Made by a program: the position numbers and the translations under genes. Positions 49,125-60,178 of a stretch of DNA of 64,000 bases are shown in pieces. How positions within the stretch are numbered: the stretch's first letter is position 1; each line of letters opens with the position of its first letter. This DNA is from Nitrospiraceae bacterium (GTDB lineage Bacteria > Nitrospirota > Nitrospiria > Nitrospirales > Nitrospiraceae): contig JBFWWG010000013.1 of NCBI GenBank assembly GCA_050246315.1, forward strand, positions 1-64,000, read 5' to 3'. Below the pieces are notes generated by a model, which was not told the DNA's origin, ran no database searches, and saw only the letters and a list, made by a program, of their open reading frames with translations.

Positions 49125-52028
49125 GTGGACGTGGCACCGTCAAAATTTCCTCTCTCCACCTATCGCGTGCAGTTCAATACCGCGTTTTCCTTCGTCGATG
49201 CGACGGCGCTCATCCCCTATTGGCATGCGTTGGGCATCACGGACTGCTACGCGTCGCCCTACTTCAAGGCGGTGCCCGGCAGTCCGCACGGGTATGATGT
49301 CATCGATCCGACCGTCTTGAATCCCGAAGTCGGGACCCCCGAGGAGTACCAGACGTTCGTCACCACCCTCCAGGCCTCCGGCATGGGACAGCTCCTCGAC
49401 GTCGTGCCCAACCACATGGGGATCGGGCGGATGGTGAACGCGTGGTGGGCCGATGTCCTGGAGAACGGACCTAGCTCCCCCTATTCCATCTTTTTCGACA
49501 TCGACTGGGATCCCGTGAAACGGGAGTTGCACGACAAGGTATTGCTCCCGATCTTGGGGGATCTCTACGGGCATGTCCTCGAGAATCAGGAGATCACGCT
49601 CGAGTACGACGAAGGTGCGTTCTTCGTGCGCTACTACGATCACCGGTTGCCGCTGTCGCCGCGGTCCGGCGCCAAGGTGTTGGCCCACCGGCTTGATCGG
49701 CTCATCCAGTGCGTGGGGCGGGGGCATGCTCCGATCGAGGAACTGCAGAGCATCATCACGGGACTGGGACACCTTCCGCCTCGTCACGAGCGTGATCCCG
49801 GTACGGTGGAGGTGCGGTACCGAGAGAAGGCGATCCTGAGGAAGCGGCTGGCGGCGGCGGTTCACGACAGCGCCGTCGTCGGTGCGTTCATCAAGGACAA
49901 TGTGGCGCTGTTCAACGGAACGAAGGGCGATCCCCGGAGCTTTGATCTGCTCGACGACCTCCTCAACGACCAAGTTTACCGGCTGGCCTATTGGCGCGCG
50001 GCGTCGGAGGAGATCAACTATCGGCGGTTTTTCGACGTGAACGAGTTGGCGGCCATCCGTGTCGAGGATCCGGCGGTGTTCCAGGAGGCCCACCGGCTGG
50101 TGTTCCGATTGCTCAAAGAGGGGGCGGTCACCGGCCTGCGGATCGATCACGTCGATGGCCTCTACAGTCCGAGCGAGTATCTGACGCAGTTGCAGGCCTG
50201 GGCTCGGCGAGAAATGGCGCCTGACGAGGACCAGGAACGACCGCTGTATCTGATCGTGGAAAAGATTCTCGGCAAGGAGGAGCCGCTGCCCGAGACCTGG
50301 CCGGTGTATGGCACCACCGGATACGATTTCATGAACATGGTGAACGGGCTGTTTGTGGATCAGTCGAGCGAACGGCGATTCACGGAGATCTACGCCCGCT
50401 TCATCCACAAACGTCTCGTCTATCAGGATGTCGTTTACGAATCGAAGAAGCTGATCATGCAGGCGGCGATGTCGAGCGAGCTCAACGTGCTGGGCCACTA
50501 CCTCAATCGTCTGTCGGAACGGGACCGGCGGTCCCGCGACTTCACCTTGAACAGCTTGACGCATGCGATCCGGGAGATCGTCGCCTGCTTTCCCGTGTAC
50601 CGCACCTATGTGACGGCGGGGGCCAGCGGTCTGTTGGACCGTGACCGATCGTTCATCCGCCTGGCCGTGGCGAGGGCGAAGCGGCGCAACCCGGCGCTGA
50701 GCGGCCTGGTCTTTGATTTTGTCAGAGACTTGCTGCTGAAGCAGCGGGATGCTCGCACCGAAGAGGATGAACAGCTTCAGCAGCAGTTCATGATGAAGTT
50801 TCAGCAAATCACCAGTCCCGTGACGGCGAAAGGCGTCGAGGATACGGCTTTTTACATCTACAACCGATTGGTATCCCTGAACGAGGTCGGCGGCGATCCC
50901 GAGCAATTCGGCCTGTCCGTGGAGGTGTTTCATCGGGCCATGCAGGAGCGGCAGGCCCGCTGGCCATTGGCGCTCTCGGCTACCTCGACGCACGATACCA
51001 AGCGGAGTGAGGATGTGCGGGCTCGCATCAACGTGCTGTCCGAGTTGCCGCAAGAATGGCGGACGCACATTCTGCATTGGGCGAAACTGAATCGACGATT
51101 CAAGACCGAGGTGGATGGAGAGGAAGCGCCCGATCGGAACGAGGAATACTTGCTGTATCAAACCTTGATCGGCGCCTGGCCCTTCGAAGACCTGGACGCC
51201 ATGGCGTTCCGTGCGTTCCAGGCGCGCGTGCAGCAGTATCTTGCCAAGGCGCTCAAGGAAGCCAAGGTCCACACCAGTTGGGTAAATCCGAATCCGGCTC
51301 ACGAGGAGGCGGTCGCGAACTTCATCGACCGGATTTTGGATCGCTCGAAGGCCAACCCATTTCTCCAGGATTTTCTCCCGTTCCAACGGCGGATCGCCGG
51401 CTATGGCATCTGGAACGCCCTGGCCCAATTGGTGCTGAAGGTCACAGCTCCCGGCGTGCCGGACTTTTACCAAGGGACCGAACTCTGGAATTTCAGTCTC
51501 GTCGATCCCGACAATCGCCGGCCGGTGGATTTCGCGGTGCGCCGGCGTGTGCTCGAGGACATCCGGCAAGCCTGTGCTGCGTCGCCGGAACGCGCGGCGC
51601 TGGTGCGGCACCTGATCGAACATCGAACGGATGGGAGGCTGAAGCTGTATGTACTGGTCTCGTTGCTGACCTATCGACGCTCACGGCCGGAGTTGTTCTC
51701 CAACGGGACGTATGTGCCGCTGGACATCCTCGGGGAGCGAACGGATCAGGGCTGTGCGTTTGCGCGGCTCGAACAGGATCAGGCCGTCGTAGTCGCGGTG
51801 CCTCGATTGGTGACCCGGCTGTGCGCCGATGCCAACCGACCTCCGATCGGACCGGAGTTCTGGGGCGAGTCCTGGATCACGGTGCCTTCCTGGAGCGCCA
51901 GAACGCACTATCGCAATCTGCTGACGGGCGAACAGCTTACCCCCTCCTTGCTGGAAGGTCGGCATGTCCTCCCTCTCGGCGAAATCTTTCGGGAGTTGCC
52001 GGTGGCGGTACTCGAGAGGCTGACATGA
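49125..52028 (+). CDS. treY: Malto-oligosyltrehalose synthase
   Basis: STYRVQF, SPHGYDV, DVVPNHM, NYRRFFDVN, LRIDHVDG, STHDTKRSED, SLVDPDNRRPVDF. Confidence 0.97.
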   Translation: MDVAPSKFPLSTYRVQFNTAFSFVDATALIPYWHALGITDCYASPYFKAVPGSPHGYDVIDPTVLNPEVGTPEEYQTFVTTLQASGMGQLLDVVPNHMGIGRMVNAWWADVLENGPSSPYSIFFDIDWDPVKRELHDKVLLPILGDLYGHVLENQEITLEYDEGAFFVRYYDHRLPLSPRSGAKVLAHRLDRLIQCVGRGHAPIEELQSIITGLGHLPPRHERDPGTVEVRYREKAILRKRLAAAVHDSAVVGAFIKDNVALFNGTKGDPRSFDLLDDLLNDQVYRLAYWRAASEEINYRRFFDVNELAAIRVEDPAVFQEAHRLVFRLLKEGAVTGLRIDHVDGLYSPSEYLTQLQAWARREMAPDEDQERPLYLIVEKILGKEEPLPETWPVYGTTGYDFMNMVNGLFVDQSSERRFTEIYARFIHKRLVYQDVVYESKKLIMQAAMSSELNVLGHYLNRLSERDRRSRDFTLNSLTHAIREIVACFPVYRTYVTAGASGLLDRDRSFIRLAVARAKRRNPALSGLVFDFVRDLLLKQRDARTEEDEQLQQQFMMKFQQITSPVTAKGVEDTAFYIYNRLVSLNEVGGDPEQFGLSVEVFHRAMQERQARWPLALSATSTHDTKRSEDVRARINVLSELPQEWRTHILHWAKLNRRFKTEVDGEEAPDRNEEYLLYQTLIGAWPFEDLDAMAFRAFQARVQQYLAKALKEAKVHTSWVNPNPAHEEAVANFIDRILDRSKANPFLQDFLPFQRRIAGYGIWNALAQLVLKVTAPGVPDFYQGTELWNFSLVDPDNRRPVDFAVRRRVLEDIRQACAASPERAALVRHLIEHRTDGRLKLYVLVSLLTYRRSRPELFSNGTYVPLDILGERTDQGCAFARLEQDQAVVVAVPRLVTRLCADANRPPIGPEFWGESWITVPSWSARTHYRNLLTGEQLTPSLLEGRHVLPLGEIFRELPVAVLERLT

Positions 52029-52309
52029 TCCCGCGACCGTCGATCTTTCAGGATGGTGTCGGGGTGCGTTCCGAGGCGCCGCTGCCGGAACCGAGCGACC
52101 GGTGGTGGGGGGCGGAGGCGGGCGTGCGCTCGCAGCCGGGGTGGTCCCCGAAGACGGAACCCCGACGGATCAGTCGATTCAGGTGGAAGATCGCGCTCAG
52201 TGGAATGTTCGCTGCGGGCCTGGCCATCGGCTGTCTCGTGGGCCTGGCGATCGGGTGGGAGCGTCGTCCCCATGAATCGGGCCCACGCGATCAGGACAGG
52301 GGATCATGA
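52025..52309 (+). CDS. Small single-TM hypothetical protein
   Basis: ATGA overlaps with both treY and the DUF5752 gene; hydrophobic segment IALSGMFAAGLAIGCLVGLAIGW. Confidence 0.6.
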   Translation: MIPRPSIFQDGVGVRSEAPLPEPSDRWWGAEAGVRSQPGWSPKTEPRRISRFRWKIALSGMFAAGLAIGCLVGLAIGWERRPHESGPRDQDRGS

Positions 52310-52971
52310 TGGAACCGACAGCCCTCACCCCGTTCACCTTTATCGGCTGCAGCGAGCTCGAGGAAAGCCTCGGGCAGCAGGCGGATGATGAAAAAGAACT
52401 GGCTGAGATGCTCGAAGATGTCCCGCTGGATTCCGTGCACTTCCACACGCACAGCTATTTTCTCCGGCATCGATTCATTGAACGGGTCTATCCGAACGAT
52501 TTCGCCCAATGGGTGGTGACGCAGGTGGGCGATCATGTCCTGGCGGAAAAACTGGCGGTGGTCGATCCGTTCGACTATCCCAATTTGGAGGACCTCCGCG
52601 AAGAGATCATCTCGATCATCGACCACCATCTGTCCCGGATGCCGATCGTTCCTCGCGTGATCTTCGGAAGGCCCTTCTATTTCCACCGCTCGCGCATCCT
52701 GGAAGTGCCGATGGGAGTGGAGGCCCGCACGTTGAGTGAATTTCGGCGGGCCGTGTCGGAGATCGATGTGAGCGCGATCTACTTTCATATGTTCGAGGCG
52801 CATTTTCGCCTCCACCGCGAAGAGAGCGATTTTTCCGCGTGGATTCGCACTGGGCTGGGGCTGCCGGACCTGGCGGATCGGATTCGCGCCATCAATCCGT
52901 ACCTCGGCAGCCTGGAGCGGCTGCGTTCCAGCTTGCTGACGGCCTGCGACGGATACGCGATGAGCGGGTGA
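52306..52971 (+). CDS. DUF5752 family protein
   Basis: Internal repeat: S..FH....NDFAQWV....LAEKL..VDP and SAIYFH....SDFSAWI....LADRI..INP. Confidence 0.78.
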   Translation: MMEPTALTPFTFIGCSELEESLGQQADDEKELAEMLEDVPLDSVHFHTHSYFLRHRFIERVYPNDFAQWVVTQVGDHVLAEKLAVVDPFDYPNLEDLREEIISIIDHHLSRMPIVPRVIFGRPFYFHRSRILEVPMGVEARTLSEFRRAVSEIDVSAIYFHMFEAHFRLHREESDFSAWIRTGLGLPDLADRIRAINPYLGSLERLRSSLLTACDGYAMSG

Positions 52972-52997
52972 GGGCGACGGAGGAAGGGAGGGGGCCG

Positions 52998-54677
52998 GTG
53001 CCGAGACAGGATTCGCGATGGTACCAAGACGCCGTGTTCTATGAGCTGCACGTCCGGGCGTTTTACGACGACAACGGCGACGGCATCGGCGATTTTGCGG
53101 GACTCACCCAGAAGCTTGACTATCTGGAGTGGCTCGGGGTCGATTGTCTCTGGTTGTTGCCGTTTTATCCTTCCCCCCTGCGCGACGACGGGTACGATGT
53201 GTCCGACTTCCTCAGCATCGCCCCGTCCTACGGCTCGACCGAGGATTTTCGCCGTCTCCTGGATGAAGCCCACCGGCGCGGCATGCGCGTGATCGCCGAT
53301 CTGGTGCTCAACCACACCTCCGATCAACACGCCTGGTTCCAAGCCGCCCGGCGGTCTCCTCAAGCCCCGACGCGGCACTACTATGTCTGGAGCGATACCG
53401 ATCAGAAATATGCCAAGGCAAGGATCATCTTCATCGACACGGAAAAGTCCAACTGGACATGGGATCCCGAGGCGCAGGCCTACTATTGGCACCGGTTCTT
53501 CAGCCACCAACCGGATCTCAACTATGAGAATCCCGCCGTCAGGCAGGCGATGTTGGAGGTGATGTCGTTCTGGCTCGATCACGGCCTCGACGGGTTCCGA
53601 TGCGACGCCGTTCCCTATCTCTTCGAACGCGAAGGCACACTGTGCGAAAACCTCCCCGAGACCCATGTCTATCTCAAGGACATTCGCCGGCAGATCGACG
53701 AACGCTATCAGGGCCGCATTCTGTTGGCCGAGGCGAATCAATGGCCGAGCGACGTGCGGCCCTACTTCGGGGAGGGCGACGAGTTCCATATGGCATTTCA
53801 TTTTCCCCTCATGCCCCGACTCTTCATGGGGCTCCGAAGCGAGGACCGCGGGCCGATCATCGACATGTTCAAGCACACGCCGCCGATTCCGGACGGGTGC
53901 CAGTGGTGCCTGTTTCTGCGCAACCACGATGAGCTGACGTTGGAAATGTGCAGCGGCGAAGAGCGCGATTACATGTACTATGCCTACGCGCGCGATCCTC
54001 AGATGCGGCGCAACATCGGGATCGCACGGCGGCTGGCTCCCCTGTTGGACAACGACCGCCGCAAAATCGAACTGCTCAACAGCATCGTCTTCACGTTGCC
54101 GGGCAGCCCCATCATCTATTATGGGGATGAGATCGGCATGGGCGACAACATCCATTTGGGGGATCGGAACGGTGTTCGGACGCCCATGCAGTGGATGCCG
54201 GATCGCAACGCCGGGTTCTCCAAAGCGGACTCCAGCCGACTCTTTCTGCCGCTGGTGGCCGATTCCGTCTATGGCTATCAGTCGATCAATGTGGAGGCGC
54301 AGCGGCAGGTCCCGCATTCGCTCCTGCATTGGATGCGGCACATGATCGCCATCCGCAAGCAACATCAGGTGTTCGGACGGGGGACGTTGGAGTTTCTGGC
54401 CCCGTCGAATGAGAAGATTCTGGCCTACGTGCGAGAATACGAAGGGGATGCCGTCCTGCTCGTGCACAATTTGGCAGGGTCTGCGCAACCGGTGGAGCTC
54501 GATCTGCGACGGTTCCAGGGCCGGTCTCCGGTGGAACTCTTCGGGGAGTCGCGGTTTCCGCCGATCGGGGAGTTGCCGTATCTCTTGAGCCTGGGGCCCT
54601 ACGGCTCGTACTGGTTCAGTCTTCCGACGGCCCGCTCGTGGGAGCGAGAGTACGGACTCGAATGGAGCGCGATCTGA
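52998..54677 (+). CDS. treS: Trehalose synthase (maltose alpha-D-glucosyltransferase), not fused to maltokinase
   Basis: [62 protein letters not shown]. Confidence 0.95.
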   Translation: MPRQDSRWYQDAVFYELHVRAFYDDNGDGIGDFAGLTQKLDYLEWLGVDCLWLLPFYPSPLRDDGYDVSDFLSIAPSYGSTEDFRRLLDEAHRRGMRVIADLVLNHTSDQHAWFQAARRSPQAPTRHYYVWSDTDQKYAKARIIFIDTEKSNWTWDPEAQAYYWHRFFSHQPDLNYENPAVRQAMLEVMSFWLDHGLDGFRCDAVPYLFEREGTLCENLPETHVYLKDIRRQIDERYQGRILLAEANQWPSDVRPYFGEGDEFHMAFHFPLMPRLFMGLRSEDRGPIIDMFKHTPPIPDGCQWCLFLRNHDELTLEMCSGEERDYMYYAYARDPQMRRNIGIARRLAPLLDNDRRKIELLNSIVFTLPGSPIIYYGDEIGMGDNIHLGDRNGVRTPMQWMPDRNAGFSKADSSRLFLPLVADSVYGYQSINVEAQRQVPHSLLHWMRHMIAIRKQHQVFGRGTLEFLAPSNEKILAYVREYEGDAVLLVHNLAGSAQPVELDLRRFQGRSPVELFGESRFPPIGELPYLLSLGPYGSYWFSLPTARSWEREYGLEWSAI

Positions 54678-54718
54678 ATGCGGCTAGCAAGGGGACCGAA
54701 GTGGGGCCGTTCGCACCA

Positions 54719-55918
54719 ATGAATCCCATCCTGGACGACTATCGAGAGGTGGCTCCGAAGGGGACGGTCGAATTCCTGTATCGGCTGAGCGACCTGGTGA
54801 AGAGCCGGAGCTTTCTCCACGTGACCTCGGTGAGGTACGGCGGCGGAATGGCCGAGGTGCTGCGGCGGCTCGTTCCGATGATGAACGCCCTCGGCGTGGA
54901 GGCGCGGTGGGAAGTCATCGCCGGCACGCAGGAGTTTGCCGCGGTGGCCAAGCGCTTGACCAACGCGCTTCAGGGACGGGACGAACCGATCACTCAAGAC
55001 ATGTATCAGACCTACATGGAGATCAACGATCGCAACGCGAAGGCGCTCAAGTTGGACGCGGATATGGTGATGATCCACGACTCCCAGCCGGCTGGGATCG
55101 TGGATCATCGAGCGGGCGGCTGCTGGCTCTGGCGCTGCCATTTGGATCTGGCCCAACCGCAGCGGCGGGCATGGACCTTCCTCCGGCGGTATGTTCTGAA
55201 ATATGACGCGGCGATTTTCTCGCTGTCCGGATTCGCGCAACGGCTGCCCATCCCGAAGTTTCTGATTCATCCGTCGATCGATCCGCTGAGTCCCAAGAAC
55301 CGGGATATGACCCGGGGCGAAATCGCCCCGATCGTGGATCGGTTGGGTATCCCGAGAACCAAGCCGATCCTCCTCCAGGTGGCGCGATTCGACCGCTTCA
55401 TGGACCCCCTCGGAGTGCTGCAGGCCTATCGTATGGTGAAGAAGCACCACGATTGCCAACTGGTCCTGGCGGGGGCCGGTGTGATGCACGATCCGGAGGG
55501 CGAGACCGTCCTGGGGGAACTCAGGGAGGCGGCGGAAGGTGATCCGGACGTGCACCTCATCCCGCTTCCCCCGGAGGCCGATCTGGAGATCAACGCCCTG
55601 CAGCGGGTCGCGACGGTGATCATCCAGAAGCCGATCAAGGAGGGGTTCGGCGTAGGGGTGTCGGAGGCGATGTGGAAGGGAAAGCCGGTGATCGGCAGTG
55701 CGGCCGGAGGGATCGCCGTCCAGATCATGGATGAGGTGACCGGCTATGTCGTGCGATCCGCCGAGGGCGCGGCCTTCCGGATTCGATACCTGCTGAACAA
55801 TCCGGGATTGATCCATCGGATGGGGGCGGCGGCGCGGGAGCATGTCCGCCGCAATTTTCTGATCACGCGGCACTTGAGCGACTACCTCACGCTGCTGAAC
55901 GTTCTGGTGCGGCGCTGA
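54719..55918 (+). CDS. TreT-like GT4 glycosyltransferase
   Basis: YGGGMAE, HDSQP, WRCHLD, PSIDPLSPKN, QVARFDRFMDP, DPEG, EGFG, EAMWKGKPV. Confidence 0.8.
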   Translation: MNPILDDYREVAPKGTVEFLYRLSDLVKSRSFLHVTSVRYGGGMAEVLRRLVPMMNALGVEARWEVIAGTQEFAAVAKRLTNALQGRDEPITQDMYQTYMEINDRNAKALKLDADMVMIHDSQPAGIVDHRAGGCWLWRCHLDLAQPQRRAWTFLRRYVLKYDAAIFSLSGFAQRLPIPKFLIHPSIDPLSPKNRDMTRGEIAPIVDRLGIPRTKPILLQVARFDRFMDPLGVLQAYRMVKKHHDCQLVLAGAGVMHDPEGETVLGELREAAEGDPDVHLIPLPPEADLEINALQRVATVIIQKPIKEGFGVGVSEAMWKGKPVIGSAAGGIAVQIMDEVTGYVVRSAEGAAFRIRYLLNNPGLIHRMGAAAREHVRRNFLITRHLSDYLTLLNVLVRR

Positions 55919-56008
55919 AGCGAGCGGAGAGGGAACCGATCCTGCTCGCGGAGGGCCGACCGGCGGCGGGTCGTGCCTGGGAGCCGGACATGAGACTGGA
56001 GAGACGGG

Positions 56009-57277
56009 ATGAGCGAGGAGGCGGCACTGCACAAGCCGCTGGATGAACGGGTCCGGCCGAGCCGGACGGCGGATGTCATTGTTGTCGTGCTGACCCTCAA
56101 CAATGCCCGCACGATCGAGCCACTGATGAAGGGGATCGTCGCCGGACTTCGGCAGTATTTTCCCGGGTCGCCGGGGCTCCTCATCAACTGCGACGGCGGG
56201 TCGCAGGACGGGACGCCGTCGATGATCGAGGGACTGGCCAGCGGGTATCCCGTCCATCGCTTGGAGGGGACGACGCTCGGTGCGTACCCGACCCTCCCAA
56301 CCGAGGCCGGGACCTCCGGACGCGAGCGGATTCTGCGGGAGCTGGGCGCGATCTCGGAGCAGGCGCAGGCGAGCGCCTGTCTGATCCTGGACGGGAACCT
56401 CCGGTCGCTCACGCCCGAGTGGATGGAGTTGCTGGGGCGGCCGGTGCGCGAGGGCAGCGCCGACCTCGTCATCCCGCTGTATCAGCGGCATCGATACGAT
56501 GGGACGCTGGCGCATAATTTACTCTCTCCCTTGTTGCGGGCGTTGTATGGAAAGCGGATCCGTTATCCGAGCGGAGGAGCCCGTGCCTTGTCGGGCCGGT
56601 TTGTTCACGACGTTCTGGCACGAATGACACTCGAGCGGGCTGCGCAAGGCTGCGGGTTGGACGGCGCGCTGACCACGCTGGCGCTCGCCGGCGACCGACA
56701 GATCTGCCATGCCTATTTGGGCACCAAGGTGCAGGATGGGCTGTTCGGCGCCGCCGACTTGGCGACGGTCATCTCCCAGTCGGTGGGGTGCATCTTCCAT
56801 TCCATGGAGACATACGAATTGCGGTGGGAAGGGATCAGGGCTTCCACGGAGGTTCCCTTGTATGGCAAGGTTGACCATGCCTCCGCGAGCGAGCCGGTTC
56901 AGGTCGCCCGCATGGTGGGAGGGTTCAAACAGGGGCTGCGGGATCTGCTCCCTCTCTGGGAGTTGATTCTTCCTCCCGAGACCTTGGATCAGATTCTGCC
57001 GCTTGGCATGCTCGATCCCGACGAATTCCGATTCCCGGTCGAGCTATGGGTCCAGGTGGTCTATGACTTTGCGCTGGCCTATCACGACCAGGTGTTGCAC
57101 CGAGATCACCTGCTGAAGTCGTTGACGCCCTTGTATCTCGGACGCACGGCTTCCTTCGTCCTGGAGACCAAAGACGGCGCCTCACCGGACGTGGAGACGG
57201 CGGTGGAATCGATCGGCGAGGTATTTGAACGGATGAAACCGTACCTGCTCGAACGATGGAGGTGGCGAGATGAGTGA
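56009..57277 (+). CDS. Diverged paralog of the Ggs-like glycosyltransferase lacking DxD
   Basis: Shares NNA.TI, DGGS.DGT, LRS.TPEW, RH.YDGT, LLK..TPLYLGRTASFVLET with 26833-28119; DSD replaced by DGN. Confidence 0.8.
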   Translation: MSEEAALHKPLDERVRPSRTADVIVVVLTLNNARTIEPLMKGIVAGLRQYFPGSPGLLINCDGGSQDGTPSMIEGLASGYPVHRLEGTTLGAYPTLPTEAGTSGRERILRELGAISEQAQASACLILDGNLRSLTPEWMELLGRPVREGSADLVIPLYQRHRYDGTLAHNLLSPLLRALYGKRIRYPSGGARALSGRFVHDVLARMTLERAAQGCGLDGALTTLALAGDRQICHAYLGTKVQDGLFGAADLATVISQSVGCIFHSMETYELRWEGIRASTEVPLYGKVDHASASEPVQVARMVGGFKQGLRDLLPLWELILPPETLDQILPLGMLDPDEFRFPVELWVQVVYDFALAYHDQVLHRDHLLKSLTPLYLGRTASFVLETKDGASPDVETAVESIGEVFERMKPYLLERWRWRDE

Positions 57278-57977
57278 CATCTGGCGCGATACGATGGTCG
57301 CCGCCTTTCGTGACACGATGGTTCAGATCATGCTGGTGCTCCCGAAGTTGTTGGCCCTGCTCACCTTCATCCTGCTGGGCCTCCTGGCCGCCTGGCTGGT
57401 GAAGGTGTTGACGGTACGGGTGCTCGCCGCATTCCGTTTCGATGCGTTGTGCGAGCGCTTCGGCCTGAGCACGGCCTTGCTGAAGGCCGGCGTGAGACGC
57501 TCCGTGTCCCAGGTGGTCGGCCGTCTGCTGTTTTGGACGATGTTTTTGTTGTTCATCTTTATGGGGGTTGACGCGGTGGATTTGCCGGCGACGGCCACGC
57601 TGATCAGCCAGATGATGAGTTTTCTACCGCGGGCCCTGGCGGCGGCGCTGCTGCTGTTGGTCGGGGTTTTGGCCTCGAATTTCTTTTCCGAAGCGGTGCT
57701 GATCGCCGCGGTCAATGCGCACATTCATGAAGCTCGGCTTGCGGCTGCGTTGGTGCGCTGGGGGATTCTGTTATTTACGTTCGCGATGGTGTTGACGCAA
57801 CTGGGGATTGCCAACGAGATCGTGGTGGCGGCCTTCTCCATTACGTTCGGCGGCGTCGTGTTGGCCTTAGCCATTGCCGTCGGATTGGGTTCAAGAAATG
57901 TGGCGCGCCGGGCGATCGAGCGTCGCTGGGGTTCCAAGCCGGAACACGAGGACGTGGACGAATTGTCGCACATCTGA
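57270..57977 (+). CDS. Membrane protein with TM_helix repeats, paralog of 28554-29261
   Basis: Shared AVLIAAVNA, QLGIA..IVV..F.IT.GG, DDLRHL/DELSHI tail. Confidence 0.8.
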   Translation: MSDIWRDTMVAAFRDTMVQIMLVLPKLLALLTFILLGLLAAWLVKVLTVRVLAAFRFDALCERFGLSTALLKAGVRRSVSQVVGRLLFWTMFLLFIFMGVDAVDLPATATLISQMMSFLPRALAAALLLLVGVLASNFFSEAVLIAAVNAHIHEARLAAALVRWGILLFTFAMVLTQLGIANEIVVAAFSITFGGVVLALAIAVGLGSRNVARRAIERRWGSKPEHEDVDELSHI

Positions 57978-58056
57978 TTTTAGGCGATGGACCGCCGGGA
58001 GGAACGTGCGAGGTCGATCGGCGAAAGCCTTCATGCGTAAAACAGGAGCGAGTCGG

Positions 58057-60150
58057 ATGTCTCGACCGAGCAAGAACGTGAACCAGCCCGCTCTATCGCC
58101 CGAAACCGGGCCGGTGGATCGACCGACGGGAATCGGCGTCGGATTTTCTGCGGACCGGCCGGGACCGGATGGGCGGCAACGGGTCGTGATCGAGGGGGTG
58201 AAGCCGGAAATTGATGGAGGGCGGTTTCCCATCAAGCGGGTGGTGGGCGACACCGTCGTCGTGGAAGCCGATCTGTTTGCCGATGGGCACGATGTCCTCT
58301 CCGGCGTTCTGCGGTATCGGCATGACAGCAGCCGGGAGTGGCAGGAGGCGGAATTTCGCTTCGTGAGCAACGACCGCTGGCGCGCGTCGTTCTCCGTCCA
58401 GGTGATCGGCACGTACCAATATACGATACAAGCGTGGCTCGACCGGTTCGGCTCCTGGCAGCGCGACATGAAGAAACGGATGGCGGCTGGTCAGGTCATG
58501 TCGATCGATGGGCTTGTTGGCGCGAAACTGCTCGACGAGAGCGCGTCCCGCGCTCCGGGGCCCGATGCGGACCGGCTTCGGCGGGTTGCGGAACAGTTGC
58601 GGGAAGACCAACAATCTTCGGCGGGAGGGCTTGATGCGGCGTTGAGTGAGGAGATCGGCCGGTTGATGACGCGCTATGCCGATCGGAAGTTCGCGACGAC
58701 CTATGAACGGGAACTGTCGGTGACCGTCGATCGCGAACGGGCGCGGTTCAGCGCCTGGTACGAACTGTTTCCCCGTTCCTGTTCGTTGGAACCGAGCCGG
58801 CACGGCACATTCAACGATTGCGAAACGCGGCTCCCCTACATCGCCGGTATGGGATTCGATGTCCTGTACCTGCCGCCCATCCATCCGATCGGACGGACGT
58901 TCAGAAAGGGCAAGAACAACGACCCGAACGGCGGGCCGGACGCCGTTGGAAGCCCCTGGGCGATCGGGTCGCATGAAGGCGGGCACAAGGCCGTTCATCC
59001 GGCGCTCGGGACGATCGAGGATTTTCGGCGGCTCGTGCGCAAGGCCGGGGAACACGGCCTGGAAGTCGCGCTGGACCTGGCATTTCAGTGTTCACCGGAT
59101 CATCCCTATGTGAAGGACCATCCCGAATGGTTCAAGAAGCGGCCGGACGGGACCATCCAATATGCCGAGAATCCTCCGAAGAAATACCAGGACATCTATC
59201 CGATCGATTTCGAGACCGAGCAATGGCAAGCGCTGTGGGCCGAACTCAAGAGCGTCGTAGTGTACTGGGTGGAGCAGGGGGTGCGGATCTTTCGCGTGGA
59301 TAATCCCCACACGAAGGCCTTCCGGTTCTGGGACTGGTTGCTCGGTGAGGTGAAGCGCGCCCATCCGGAGGTGGTGTTCTTATCGGAAGCGTTCACGAGG
59401 CCGAAGGTGATGTACCGGCTGGCCAAGGCGGGATTCACGCAATCCTATACGTACTTTGCTTGGCGCACGTCCAAGGTCGAGCTGACGGACTACCTGACCG
59501 AACTGACCACGACGGAGGTGCGGGAGTATTTCCGCCCGAGCTTCTGGCCCAACACGCCGGACATCTTGACGGAACAGCTTCAGTACGGAAGCCAGGCGAC
59601 CTTCATGTCTCGCCTCGTGCTGGCGGCCACCTTGGGGGCGAGCTACGGTATCTACGGGCCCGCTTACGAACTCTCCGAGCATCGTGCGATCAAGCCGGGC
59701 AGCGAGGAGTATCTGGATTCCGAAAAATATGAGGTTCGCCACTGGCCGATGGACCGGCCCGACAGCCTCTGCGAATTCATCGGTCTCGTCAATCAGGCGC
59801 GTCGCAGCAACCCCTCGCTGCAGCGGGACGACAGCCTGCATTTCCACCGGGTCGATAACGAGTACCTGATTGCGTACAGCAAACATACGGAGGACCGTTC
59901 TAATATCGTCCTCGTGGTCGTGAACCTCAGTCCGCACCATGTTCATGCCGGTTGGATCGACCTGGATCTGGACGTGCTGGGACTGAAGCCGGATCAGCCG
60001 TTTCAGGTCCATGATCTGTTGACGAACGCCTATTACCTCTGGGCTGGGTCAAGAAATTATGTCGTGATCGATCCGCAATCGGCACCGGCTCAAATCTTTG
60101 CGGTGCGGTCCCATCTGCGGACGGAGCGCGACTTCGACTATTTTCTCTGA
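58057..60150 (+). CDS. glgE: Alpha-1,4-glucan:maltose-1-phosphate maltosyltransferase
   Basis: WYELFPRS, YLPPIHPIG, RKGKNN, YAENPPKKYQDI, FRVDNPHTK, NTPDIL, EEYLDSEKYE. Confidence 0.97.
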   Translation: MSRPSKNVNQPALSPETGPVDRPTGIGVGFSADRPGPDGRQRVVIEGVKPEIDGGRFPIKRVVGDTVVVEADLFADGHDVLSGVLRYRHDSSREWQEAEFRFVSNDRWRASFSVQVIGTYQYTIQAWLDRFGSWQRDMKKRMAAGQVMSIDGLVGAKLLDESASRAPGPDADRLRRVAEQLREDQQSSAGGLDAALSEEIGRLMTRYADRKFATTYERELSVTVDRERARFSAWYELFPRSCSLEPSRHGTFNDCETRLPYIAGMGFDVLYLPPIHPIGRTFRKGKNNDPNGGPDAVGSPWAIGSHEGGHKAVHPALGTIEDFRRLVRKAGEHGLEVALDLAFQCSPDHPYVKDHPEWFKKRPDGTIQYAENPPKKYQDIYPIDFETEQWQALWAELKSVVVYWVEQGVRIFRVDNPHTKAFRFWDWLLGEVKRAHPEVVFLSEAFTRPKVMYRLAKAGFTQSYTYFAWRTSKVELTDYLTELTTTEVREYFRPSFWPNTPDILTEQLQYGSQATFMSRLVLAATLGASYGIYGPAYELSEHRAIKPGSEEYLDSEKYEVRHWPMDRPDSLCEFIGLVNQARRSNPSLQRDDSLHFHRVDNEYLIAYSKHTEDRSNIVLVVVNLSPHHVHAGWIDLDLDVLGLKPDQPFQVHDLLTNAYYLWAGSRNYVVIDPQSAPAQIFAVRSHLRTERDFDYFL

Positions 60151-60178
60151 GGGTCGTGCGGGGAGCGGGAGGCTATCG

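Noticed and set aside
49140..51623. 827-aa antisense ORF and similar long shadow ORFs (e.g. 9482-10897, 26596-28161, 36858-38510, 52785-54488, 54599-56515)
   Set aside because: They lie opposite well-supported genes, have no motifs, and are expected from high-GC codon bias.
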